Positions 55,261 to 63,299 of a stretch of DNA of 64,000 nt are shown one piece after another. How positions within the stretch are numbered: position 1 is the first letter of the stretch; each line of letters starts with the position of its first letter. The DNA is from a phage: NCBI GenBank assembly GCA_022979955.1, contig GCA_022979955.1_3642.1. The stretch is one strand, 5' to 3'. The translations under genes and the position numbers were made by a program. Below the pieces are notes generated by a model, which was not told where the DNA came from, did no database searches, and saw only the letters and a list, made by a program, of their open reading frames with translations.

Positions 55261-55444
55261 CTTCAGCCTCGCTTGGCAGCTCTTCCATTTTGACATACCG
55301 GAAAGTGTTGCCGTAATAGTTGATCCATGACATCAGCTCGCTTTCTTGCTCTTCCTCTGGGATTGACTCTCGGATGCTGACAAGTTTTAAGAAAATCCAA
55401 TCACAATCTACACCCATCCTACCAGACAGGCAATAGTGCTTCAT
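55247..55444 (-). CDS. hypothetical acidic protein
   Basis: 65-aa ORF. Confidence 0.35.
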   Translation of the reverse strand: MKHYCLSGRMGVDCDWIFLKLVSIRESIPEEEQESELMSWINYYGNTFRYVKMEELPSEAEDETV

Positions 55445-55462
55445 AGAACCCTCCCGACTGGT

Positions 55463-55657
55463 TTAGAATATTGCTTCTTCCATTGCACCTGAGAGCAACA
55501 AAGAGGTAATATGGCTAACATTCATCTCAGACTCTACTTCCTCCCCTTTGAAAGGTTCGCGGCAGAATAGGACTGTTTCAGGACTTTTACTTCGAACAAT
55601 ATAATACAAATCATTCAAAGTGTTGTAGTAATAAGTGTTAAAACGTAAGTTTTTCAT
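55463..55657 (-). CDS. hypothetical protein
   Basis: 64-aa ORF. Confidence 0.4.
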   Translation of the reverse strand: MKNLRFNTYYYNTLNDLYYIVRSKSPETVLFCREPFKGEEVESEMNVSHITSLLLSGAMEEAIF

Positions 55658-55941
55658 TTTCTAGTCCCCTTCTTAGATTTTTGTGCAGAAACGCTTTCTG
55701 CAATACGAGACAGGCGTTCTTCTGAAGCTTTACCTACCCCAGGTTTCTTGAGCGGGTTATCTTTATGACCGCAATCCAATTGGATGCTAGATACCTCCCC
55801 AACCTTGTAAGTCAATTCTAACAAAAGGTTGTCGTCCTTGTCAAATGTTTTTACGATAAATTTTTTATCGTCCTCCTGAACCTCATATCGGGTACCTGCA
55901 GTATACAGCATGGTGCCATCAGTATAGGATATCCAGATCAT
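55654..55941 (-). CDS. hypothetical protein
   Basis: 95-aa ORF, overlaps neighbours by 4 nt. Confidence 0.4.
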   Translation of the reverse strand: MIWISYTDGTMLYTAGTRYEVQEDDKKFIVKTFDKDDNLLLELTYKVGEVSSIQLDCGHKDNPLKKPGVGKASEERLSRIAESVSAQKSKKGTRK

Positions 55942-56285
55942 TGAGCCTCCTTCTGCTGCAACAGCATTAACTCTTTGTTAGAGATCTTTACTGCTGTTTT
56001 TATTGTTCCATCTTCACGGAACCACGACCAGAACTCTACAGTGTCACCACTATCAAGCAAAGCATGCCCATGGTAAAAATCCTTGTCCTTAGACAGTTTC
56101 TCATCTATATCTGCATCAACACATTCGTGATCCATAGCATTTTGCCTGAATGCATCGGTTATGCCAATGCATGCCTTGCTCTCAAGACTGGTATATCCGA
56201 TATCTTTTAATTCAGTTTCCCAAGTCCAGTATCCTACAAAAGCTACAACAGCTGCCCACATTAATACCGACTTAATCTTTGGCAT
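55938..56285 (-). CDS. protein with N-terminal signal/TM segment
   Basis: N-terminus MPKIKSVLMWAAVVAFVGYWTW. Confidence 0.4.
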   Translation of the reverse strand: MPKIKSVLMWAAVVAFVGYWTWETELKDIGYTSLESKACIGITDAFRQNAMDHECVDADIDEKLSKDKDFYHGHALLDSGDTVEFWSWFREDGTIKTAVKISNKELMLLQQKEAQ

Positions 56286-56345
56286 TCTCTCTACCTCTTT
56301 CTTAGTTTATTTAATCATGGCACATCCTTTGTGCCTTGTTGCACA

Positions 56346-56807
56346 CTACTTGAACAACAGTTCAAGATAGTGCAAAATTAACAGAAGTTGAATTACGCCT
56401 AGCACAACGGCGAGTATGTTAATCTTAGAATCAAAAAACTTCTTAACTTTTACCCTAAAAGGCTCTTTAATGTCCTTTACGATCCTATTTATAGATGATT
56501 TCATATCCCTGATTACCATCCTAAACATTAGAGACGGATCCTCCTTCTCTGTAACAGAATCGAAAACATACTCTCTTCGGTCATAAGGCCCTCCAGATCT
56601 GCGTATTAACCTCTCCACAGAGACCTCGTACGACACACCTGTAACGTAATCATCTATGACAAGTAGTGACGGGTCTTTATCATCCAAGGGTATCAAAGTT
56701 ATCTTTCCAGATCTTGTTAAAATTTCTCCTTTTTCAAGCAAGGTGTACCAATGCTCTCTACCAAGGTTGTTGAGGCACGTTTTTACATATTTAACAAACA
56801 TCGTCAC
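56346..56807 (-). CDS. protein with C-terminal TM anchor
   Basis: C-terminus ...ILAVVLGVIQLLLILHYLELLFK. Confidence 0.45.
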   Translation of the reverse strand: MTMFVKYVKTCLNNLGREHWYTLLEKGEILTRSGKITLIPLDDKDPSLLVIDDYVTGVSYEVSVERLIRRSGGPYDRREYVFDSVTEKEDPSLMFRMVIRDMKSSINRIVKDIKEPFRVKVKKFFDSKINILAVVLGVIQLLLILHYLELLFK

Positions 56808-57007
56808 CCCTCATCACACGTCTGATATAACCATTCTATGAAATCTTGATACCACTCTCCCTCTGAGCGCTCCGTAGGCCAATAATCTTCCCCCTCTCTT
56901 GCATTAAAATCTGAGTATTCGACTTTCCACTCCTTTACCAGCTCGTGGAGAAGGTTTTCAGCCTGTTCTAAGGATTTATTTTTTGTCATTACTGTCCCCT
57001 TTTTCAA
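56804..57007 (-). CDS. hypothetical protein
   Basis: 67-aa ORF. Confidence 0.4.
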   Translation of the reverse strand: MKKGTVMTKNKSLEQAENLLHELVKEWKVEYSDFNAREGEDYWPTERSEGEWYQDFIEWLYQTCDEG

Positions 57008-57209
57008 GATAATTATACATTAGTGCCGCACCACCCAAAATGGCTACCAGCAGTAATACTCCGGAGAGCATTTCAATAAACATGGCTTGAAACATTAGAA
57101 GGTCCCCTCTAATTTCACGCACCATTTTAAATACACACTCTTTTCCCATGAAGATACTGAACTAAGGTCTGTATAGAATGCAATCTCCCTAAGAACAGTA
57201 TAAACAGTT

Positions 57210-57446
57210 TCAGTCACTGTTACCATTCTTATCTTCCTCCTTCATTTTTCTGACGGTTTTACAGTGATCTACCAAGCACATAACAACAATGAAGAGAACG
57301 ACAGGCCAAAAAGGTGCGGCAGTGATTATAGTTATAAAGTCGTCAAACTTAATTTTTCTACAAGATATGATGCAAAGAGTTGCTAAAACAACCATTGTCA
57401 GAAAGGTCAATGCGCAATACCAAACCAACACAGTATCTATGGCCAT
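57210..57446 (-). CDS. small membrane protein (two TM helices)
   Basis: 78-aa hydrophobic ORF. Confidence 0.4.
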   Translation of the reverse strand: MAIDTVLVWYCALTFLTMVVLATLCIISCRKIKFDDFITIITAAPFWPVVLFIVVMCLVDHCKTVRKMKEEDKNGNSD

Positions 57447-57447
57447 A

Positions 57448-57975
57448 TTACATCTCCTGGTTCAAACTGTTAAGAAAGGATACTCTGTCTTCGCTATTTT
57501 TCTCTGTGATATACCCTCCAAACATGGAAAGAATCACATGCTTCAAGTAATCTTTTTCTGGGTCGCTTAGATGATTGCGTGGCTTTATTTCCACATCATG
57601 GTAGTCATACAATCCACAATCATGATACCCCCAGTATCGACACACCTCAATACTGATCGGGAGTTTTTTGTCACACGAAACTTTCCAACGGGTTACGTTG
57701 TTACCAGGGGATAAATCCTCGCCCACCTTCACGAATGACAAATCGTAATTCATAAACTTTTCGTGCAGTTTAAGTACAAAACCCTCTACCTGTGGAGAAA
57801 CACCAGCCACTAGCTGGGCGTATCTATATTTACTTTCAATAATTTTTCGGCGCTTTGCTGTAAGGTTTATTGCAGCAATTTGACTCTCTGAGTATCTCCA
57901 AGGCTTATATATAAATGCTTTCGGGTCTTTATCGCCATAAAAATCTTTCCAATCAACCAGTAGCATACCTGTCAC
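57448..57975 (-). CDS. hypothetical protein
   Basis: 175-aa ORF. Confidence 0.45.
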   Translation of the reverse strand: MTGMLLVDWKDFYGDKDPKAFIYKPWRYSESQIAAINLTAKRRKIIESKYRYAQLVAGVSPQVEGFVLKLHEKFMNYDLSFVKVGEDLSPGNNVTRWKVSCDKKLPISIEVCRYWGYHDCGLYDYHDVEIKPRNHLSDPEKDYLKHVILSMFGGYITEKNSEDRVSFLNSLNQEM

Positions 57976-58205
57976 TCCTCCACAACTTCAAGGCCTTTGC
58001 CGCCTCGTTCTGGTAGATTACTTAAAGACAGGTAATACGTATAGTCAGGAGAGATCCTGCCAGACTCTGCACCTGCAGATAGTAAATCTTTTCCCTTAAC
58101 CATGACAACATTATCGTTTGCAGATAGTCGTTTTGCTTCCACAATTTTACCAACGCAGTCAACCAAGGAAGGGTACCCTAAATCTGTAAGAAATTTAACT
58201 TTCAT
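57972..58205 (-). CDS. small acidic protein, paralog family A
   Basis: MKVKFLTDLGY...GKDLLSAGAE...LEVVEE. Confidence 0.45.
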   Translation of the reverse strand: MKVKFLTDLGYPSLVDCVGKIVEAKRLSANDNVVMVKGKDLLSAGAESGRISPDYTYYLSLSNLPERGGKGLEVVEE

Positions 58206-58244
58206 GCTACCTCCTACTTCTACCGTCCCTGGTAAGATAAATTA

Positions 58245-58643
58245 TTACTGAACAGAGCGCGGAGCTGGGAAGGATAACTCTTCTAAAGAGAAGATTTCAT
58301 TCCCCACAATCCATGTTGCAGGATCATCTGGGTTGACTGGATAGATAATCATCACCTCGTCAGTGTTACATACCCGCTTTTTACCTGTGGAGTCATCAGC
58401 GACCAGCATGCGCGGTTCTTCAGAAATGCACAGGTAGCCTCCTCGGCCCACTGTTCCTTCCACAGGATCTTGTCCTTTGATCACGATGATTATCTTCTCT
58501 CCTGAGGTGATATTACCTTGCACACTCACCGTTTGACCAACTTTAGATGTGCCGAACTTGGTGGTTTCAAACATTAAATCTCGAATTACTGTTGCATAGT
58601 CTCCAGACACTTTCTTACCTTCTTTAGTGATCTCAATCTTCAT
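58245..58643 (-). CDS. hypothetical protein
   Basis: 132-aa ORF starting MKIEIT. Confidence 0.45.
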   Translation of the reverse strand: MKIEITKEGKKVSGDYATVIRDLMFETTKFGTSKVGQTVSVQGNITSGEKIIIVIKGQDPVEGTVGRGGYLCISEEPRMLVADDSTGKKRVCNTDEVMIIYPVNPDDPATWIVGNEIFSLEELSFPAPRSVQ

Positions 58644-58906
58644 ACACTGGGCTCCTTAAATGAATCTATGTAATCAATTAAATCCCAAGCATCCCTATGA
58701 CCTGTCAGAGGGTATACTTCTCCAAGAGGGATCATAGCAATAAGTCTATCAAAAACCCAATCTGGGCGCAACATTTTATGGTGATACTCCCACTCACCTT
58801 CTACAGATTTTTTCTGAGTAATCAGGATCTCTGTGTAGTGTTTCGCCTGTCTTGAGTAAATTGAAAATGACTTGTACATAAATGACCCCCTTGTTGAGAA
58901 CAACAA
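58640..58906 (-). CDS. hypothetical protein
   Basis: 88-aa ORF. Confidence 0.4.
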   Translation of the reverse strand: MLFSTRGSFMYKSFSIYSRQAKHYTEILITQKKSVEGEWEYHHKMLRPDWVFDRLIAMIPLGEVYPLTGHRDAWDLIDYIDSFKEPSV

Positions 58907-58913
58907 TACATAA

Positions 58914-59198
58914 CTACCAGGTTACTGTCAAGTAGGCAACCGTGTTATTTTTCTCTGGAGAGATGCCAACAACATCTACCTGCAGACCTCCTGCCCTCAA
59001 ATCCCCAACAATATGCGGGAAGTAATCTGAGAGATGTGAGGGTAGATTTATCGAAAATCCGCATCCCAGAAAGCCTGCTAACGCTTTATTTTGTATCTCC
59101 CCTACAATCGCATCATAAATGGAGTTAAGCTCGTCAGGGAGCGTTACAGGACGTTTTAGCGCTAACTGGTGCAACTTGTCCTTAGCACTCATTTTCAT
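58914..59198 (-). CDS. hypothetical protein
   Basis: ATG at 59198 forms ATGA overlap with the Dam-like gene stop; the longer ORF to 59267 would overlap that gene by 73 nt. Confidence 0.4.
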   Translation of the reverse strand: MKMSAKDKLHQLALKRPVTLPDELNSIYDAIVGEIQNKALAGFLGCGFSINLPSHLSDYFPHIVGDLRAGGLQVDVVGISPEKNNTVAYLTVTW

Positions 59199-59728
59199 TT
59201 CAAATCTGCCTCTGGTGGTGCCAACCACATAAATGGCGGCAAGTTTAGACGGTTTTTCTTGTCCCATACAAAATATGCATATGCCTGCCCATCCGTTCTA
59301 CCATTGGATTGGAATGACGGGCGCTTAGATATTGTGATCACAGTGGTAGGTGCATTATCAAGCCACCATTCAAATCTGGCCTTGCTTTCCAGAAAATTAA
59401 GACGCAAAAGCATAATAACTACGTCAGCATCTTTCAACGCCTTGTCTACAAACTCACGAGCCAGGCTGTATGGTGGGTTGGTGATAATACAGTCAACATG
59501 GTTGTATTCTGTATTCAGATAGTCAACACCTTCTTGGATTTCTCCCCATGCAGATCCTAACGGCATACGGGAGTAGAACACACCTGAGGCACTATTCCTG
59601 CAAGGCTCTAAGTAGGTCCAGTCTTCTGGGAACGGAATAAGGTCATACAGCCCTTCTGCACACCACTCCGGTGTCACATACTCATCGTAGGCGTTACGTT
59701 GTTCATCAGGTTTTCTAGCACAAGTCAT
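59195..59728 (-). CDS. phage Dam-like N6-adenine DNA methyltransferase
   Basis: Catalytic NPPY motif (DCIITNPPYS); N-terminal YVTPEW motif. Confidence 0.65.
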   Translation of the reverse strand: MTCARKPDEQRNAYDEYVTPEWCAEGLYDLIPFPEDWTYLEPCRNSASGVFYSRMPLGSAWGEIQEGVDYLNTEYNHVDCIITNPPYSLAREFVDKALKDADVVIMLLRLNFLESKARFEWWLDNAPTTVITISKRPSFQSNGRTDGQAYAYFVWDKKNRLNLPPFMWLAPPEADLK

Positions 59729-59779
59729 GCAAATCTCCAGATCATAAAAGCCCTCCGAAGAGGGCTTTAGAATTAATGT

Positions 59780-60826
59780 TTAAGCTTCTTCGACAATTCC
59801 TGCACCCAGGATTTTTTCATTGAGCTCTTTTGCTGTTTTAATAATATTGTCCACCAGACGCTTGCGAGTCTTATCTTTCACCTTAACCTCTTCACCGCCG
59901 TTCAGAGTAGTCTTCAATTGAGACAGAATATCCTGAAGTTCAACGACAGAGAATCTCTGCAGATCTTCTGAAGTAATCTCACCTAGGGCAATTCTGACGG
60001 TCTCGCCACTTTCCATCTGCAGATTCAGGAACACAGTGTGAACATCACCTTTCGAACCAACCGCTTTCGCAGATTCAACAGCATGAACTAACTCATCTAA
60101 AGAGGTGCACTGGTGAATCTCAGGAAGACCTGCTTCACCTAACACTCCTTCATCACCTTTTGCCAGAAGCTTTTTAGGTTTTTGTCCGTTCTGGATGCGT
60201 TGTATGTTACCTTCATCCAGAATAATAGCTCCAGTGCGTGCTGCCAGCTCTTCTCCGTCCAACCACACTTCGCCACCAGCTGTGATGGATGCGATCTCAT
60301 CTTCTGTCAGCACCCCACCGTAGTATTTTTCGATCAGGCGTTCGAAACGTTTTTTCCAGTAGCTGACCTGAGTATTCATGTTCACACCGTTACCATAAGT
60401 GCCGCCTTGATAGTAGTGGAACATAAACTCTGTGTCCGGAGCCACGGTGCGTTCTTTGCAACCCAGCCATAGGATTGTTCCAGCAGAGCAGCACATCCCT
60501 TCAGCATGTGCAACAACGCTTGCCTGAGATTCGCGGAATGCCTGCAGATAAGCCATTGCAATGTGCACGCAACCCCCAGGGCTATTGATGATTACCCGAA
60601 TGCTTTCTTCCGGCTGAGCCATACGGATCGTCTGCAGACGAGACATATGATCCTGCAGGTCTTCCAAATCGTCGATATAAAGAACGTGGTCAACAACAGG
60701 TGTTGGGTAGCTGTATGTTTCCATGATACCGCCCGGCATACCAAACATTTTATTACTCATAGGTTCGAAACCGTTCTGTTTTTCTTTCATGCCGTGTACC
60801 ATGGTGCTGCGAGGTGTTAAATTCAT
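59780..60826 (-). CDS. ClpP-like serine protease (S14 family) with C-terminal extension
   Basis: INSPGG, catalytic Ser context GMCCSAGT and His context FMFHYY in N-terminal ~180 aa; ~170-aa charged extension; ATG 7 nt after AAGGA. Confidence 0.65.
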   Translation of the reverse strand: MNLTPRSTMVHGMKEKQNGFEPMSNKMFGMPGGIMETYSYPTPVVDHVLYIDDLEDLQDHMSRLQTIRMAQPEESIRVIINSPGGCVHIAMAYLQAFRESQASVVAHAEGMCCSAGTILWLGCKERTVAPDTEFMFHYYQGGTYGNGVNMNTQVSYWKKRFERLIEKYYGGVLTEDEIASITAGGEVWLDGEELAARTGAIILDEGNIQRIQNGQKPKKLLAKGDEGVLGEAGLPEIHQCTSLDELVHAVESAKAVGSKGDVHTVFLNLQMESGETVRIALGEITSEDLQRFSVVELQDILSQLKTTLNGGEEVKVKDKTRKRLVDNIIKTAKELNEKILGAGIVEEA

Positions 60827-60886
60827 GAGAAATCCTTAATATTGGAAGTTGAAAGCTATTTATTTAAACCTGATTCACATTTACCT

Positions 60887-61198
60887 TTATTTAGCAATCA
60901 CTATGGAATACTTACGATTGTCAGAAGCATCACAACTCAATGATTGCCAGTCTACCACATACCACGTATCATTGTCAACAATTACTTTATCGCCTGTTCT
61001 GTAGCAGGTGCTGCTTTCAATAATCCGAGACTCGATAAAGAATCTGTGTCGGCGCTCACGTAGCAACGCTAAGTTGATTATATTACCACCACTGTCCTTG
61101 ATCCACACATTCTTGGATCCTTTATTTGCCAAAATTGTCTCGCCGTTATAGACAAACAGGCAGTATATTTTATTCAGTTTCTCTTGTATTGTAGCCAT
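60887..61198 (-). CDS. hypothetical protein
   Basis: ATG at 61198 after GGAGGAGG; longer ORF start at 61321 overlaps phoH and lacks SD. Confidence 0.4.
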   Translation of the reverse strand: MATIQEKLNKIYCLFVYNGETILANKGSKNVWIKDSGGNIINLALLRERRHRFFIESRIIESSTCYRTGDKVIVDNDTWYVVDWQSLSCDASDNRKYSIVIAK

Positions 61199-61299
61199 AC
61201 TGTCCTCCTCCTTGTTTTGTCCGATAATAATATCTAAAGCTTGCCTATTTGTCAACAACTGTTTTAGATATTTAAGGGTGGAATAACCACCCTTCTGTA

Positions 61300-62088
61300 T
61301 TACTCGGAAACAGGGGTCCAAATATGATTTGCACGATCCTCAATAAGATTGAGTGCAATCTGACGACCCAACCCGGAACGAACGACATCATCTGGACTAT
61401 CAAAGCTGATCATTCCAACCTCAGGATCTGGATGACGAGTAAAGAAATCCGTCACCCATGCAAGGCCAGATTTACCAGGGATGTCACGTTGGCTATTATC
61501 GCCCATAATTACAAGGGTTGCCTGATCAGAGATCCTTGTGATAATTGACAACATTTCTTCAGGGTTAGTTTGCTGTGCCTCGTCAATCAGGACAAAGCAT
61601 CGCTCATCGAAACTACGACCACGAATGCTTTCAACTTCACAAATCTCGATACGGCTGTTCTGACCGTCTCCCAGCATTGCGGCAAAAGCACCTTTACCAA
61701 CACGACGACAAATCGTGTCCATCATGCTTCGAAGATAGGGCCACAGTTTCTGCATTGCATTTCCGGGTTTAAATCCTGAAGTCTTTCCTGTCTGGACGTA
61801 AGGACGTGCAACAATGATCTTATCAATCTCGTTCTTACGCAGAAGATCACCTGCATATGCAGATGCCATGAATGTCTTACCGGATCCAAACACACCGTTT
61901 ACAATAATAATCTTACGTGACCCTAGATAATCAAGATACTTTTGCTGCTTCTTATTCATTGGTCGGAGAGCTGGAGCGGTGTGCTCTCGTTCGTCAGCAA
62001 ATTTCTCAGCAGCCTTACGCAGGCGATCAGATTTGCGAGCCTCTCTAGCTTCATCACGCATGCGTTTTGTTTCTTTAGCTCGACCCAT
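61300..62088 (-). CDS. phoH: PhoH-like ATPase
   Basis: Walker A GVFGSGKT, Walker B FVLIDEAQ, GDNSQRD motif, matching PhoH family pattern. Confidence 0.85.
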   Translation of the reverse strand: MGRAKETKRMRDEAREARKSDRLRKAAEKFADEREHTAPALRPMNKKQQKYLDYLGSRKIIIVNGVFGSGKTFMASAYAGDLLRKNEIDKIIVARPYVQTGKTSGFKPGNAMQKLWPYLRSMMDTICRRVGKGAFAAMLGDGQNSRIEICEVESIRGRSFDERCFVLIDEAQQTNPEEMLSIITRISDQATLVIMGDNSQRDIPGKSGLAWVTDFFTRHPDPEVGMISFDSPDDVVRSGLGRQIALNLIEDRANHIWTPVSE

Positions 62089-62126
62089 GTTGGGACTCCT
62101 TTCAGATTGAGATGTGCCAAGTACTT

Positions 62127-62477
62127 TTACTGCAACAGTTTTTCAATAGCCGCTTCCATGCTGCTTGCAACAGCCTGAACTCGGATATTCATCTCTTCTT
62201 GGTGGATCAGCTCCTTAAGCTCTTTAATGGTAAATTCTTTAGAGAAACCTTCCACCATAATCTTGTGTAAGGCTTCTTGCGTATCTACTTGCAAGAACTT
62301 TTCCAGTTTGTTGGCAGAGGCTTCTAAATCAGCCCGAATACGAGGGTCATCTGTGCGATTCAGCATTAGGCGTAAGCCATCAAGATTAGTAGAAATAGCA
62401 TCTGCATGTTGAGTAACTAACCGTGGCAAAATGAGATCTACAAACTTATTAGCCAAATCGATACGTTCTTGTGTCAC
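62127..62477 (-). CDS. hypothetical protein
   Basis: GTG start after GAGGGGGTG. Confidence 0.45.
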   Translation of the reverse strand: MTQERIDLANKFVDLILPRLVTQHADAISTNLDGLRLMLNRTDDPRIRADLEASANKLEKFLQVDTQEALHKIMVEGFSKEFTIKELKELIHQEEMNIRVQAVASSMEAAIEKLLQ

Positions 62478-62587
62478 TGTTGCACCCCCTCTTCATCTTC
62501 ATGATGTTTCTTTTCACGCTTGTGTTTTTTCTTAAGCTCAAGCGCAATCTCTTTCTTGTACGCCTTCTTCAAGGCTTTTTTAGCCAT
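62474..62587 (-). CDS. small basic peptide (37 aa)
   Basis: ATG after GAGGAGGTG; Lys-rich; stop overlaps downstream GTG start. Confidence 0.35.
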   Translation of the reverse strand: MAKKALKKAYKKEIALELKKKHKREKKHHEDEEGVQQ

Positions 62588-62649
62588 TTGGCACCTCCTC
62601 TGCTTTCATTACGGCAATTATAACCAACTCAACAAAGCTTTGTCAACAA

Positions 62650-63123
62650 CTAGTCCACCTGAACCCAACCGCCTGATACTTTTTTAAACATTCTTTGGTT
62701 ATCACTGCCTCGGAACGGTTTCTTGGTTGGTAAATCTTTTACATACTTACCGTCAATGATGATATCAGCCAGTTTAAGAACATCACTAGAGATATGGTCA
62801 AATGTGAACCCAGTATATACAAGAATAGTTTTCTTGTCACCAAATTTTTCCTTAATTTTCTCCATCAGGCTAATAATATCTGGCTCATTATAGTATGCTA
62901 AGGGTTCTCCACCCAGTAGAGAGATACCGCACACAGACGGGTTATCTAAATCTGACAAGATTTTTTGCAAATCTTCTTCAGTGAACTCTCTCCCCTTATC
63001 CTTTGACCAAAATGCCTGATTAAAGCAACCAGGGCAAGCGTGTGGGCACCCAGATACCCACAAGGCAGTTCTAATACCTGGCCCTTCGATGTAAGATATT
63101 TCTGTATATCCGGCAATGTTCAT
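62650..63123 (-). CDS. nrdG: anaerobic ribonucleotide reductase activating protein (radical SAM)
   Basis: VSGCPHACPGCFN cysteine motif and overall similarity to NrdG pattern; adjacent to nrdD. Confidence 0.85.
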   Translation of the reverse strand: MNIAGYTEISYIEGPGIRTALWVSGCPHACPGCFNQAFWSKDKGREFTEEDLQKILSDLDNPSVCGISLLGGEPLAYYNEPDIISLMEKIKEKFGDKKTILVYTGFTFDHISSDVLKLADIIIDGKYVKDLPTKKPFRGSDNQRMFKKVSGGWVQVD

Positions 63124-63236
63124 AGATACTCCGCATCACATTTGGGGCAATGCCAAATAAAATCGTCCAGTGCCTTGCACCAACGAAGATTGCAATGACA
63201 ACCACACTTGCAAATTTTATAAATACCTGATGACAT
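63120..63236 (-). CDS. small Cys-rich zinc-ribbon-like peptide (38 aa)
   Basis: ATG after AGGAGGTG; seven Cys (CKCGCHC...CPKC); TGA stop overlaps nrdG ATG. Confidence 0.5.
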   Translation of the reverse strand: MSSGIYKICKCGCHCNLRWCKALDDFIWHCPKCDAEYL

Positions 63237-63299
63237 ACTGCACCTCCTAGCTCGCTGTGTGTCAATAATATGCCACATCCTTGTGGCTTTTGTCAAGAA

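Noticed and set aside
63071-63265. Minus-strand 64-aa ORF overlapping the nrdG start
   Set aside because: Overlaps nrdG and the better-supported 38-aa Cys-rich ORF in another frame; no SD.
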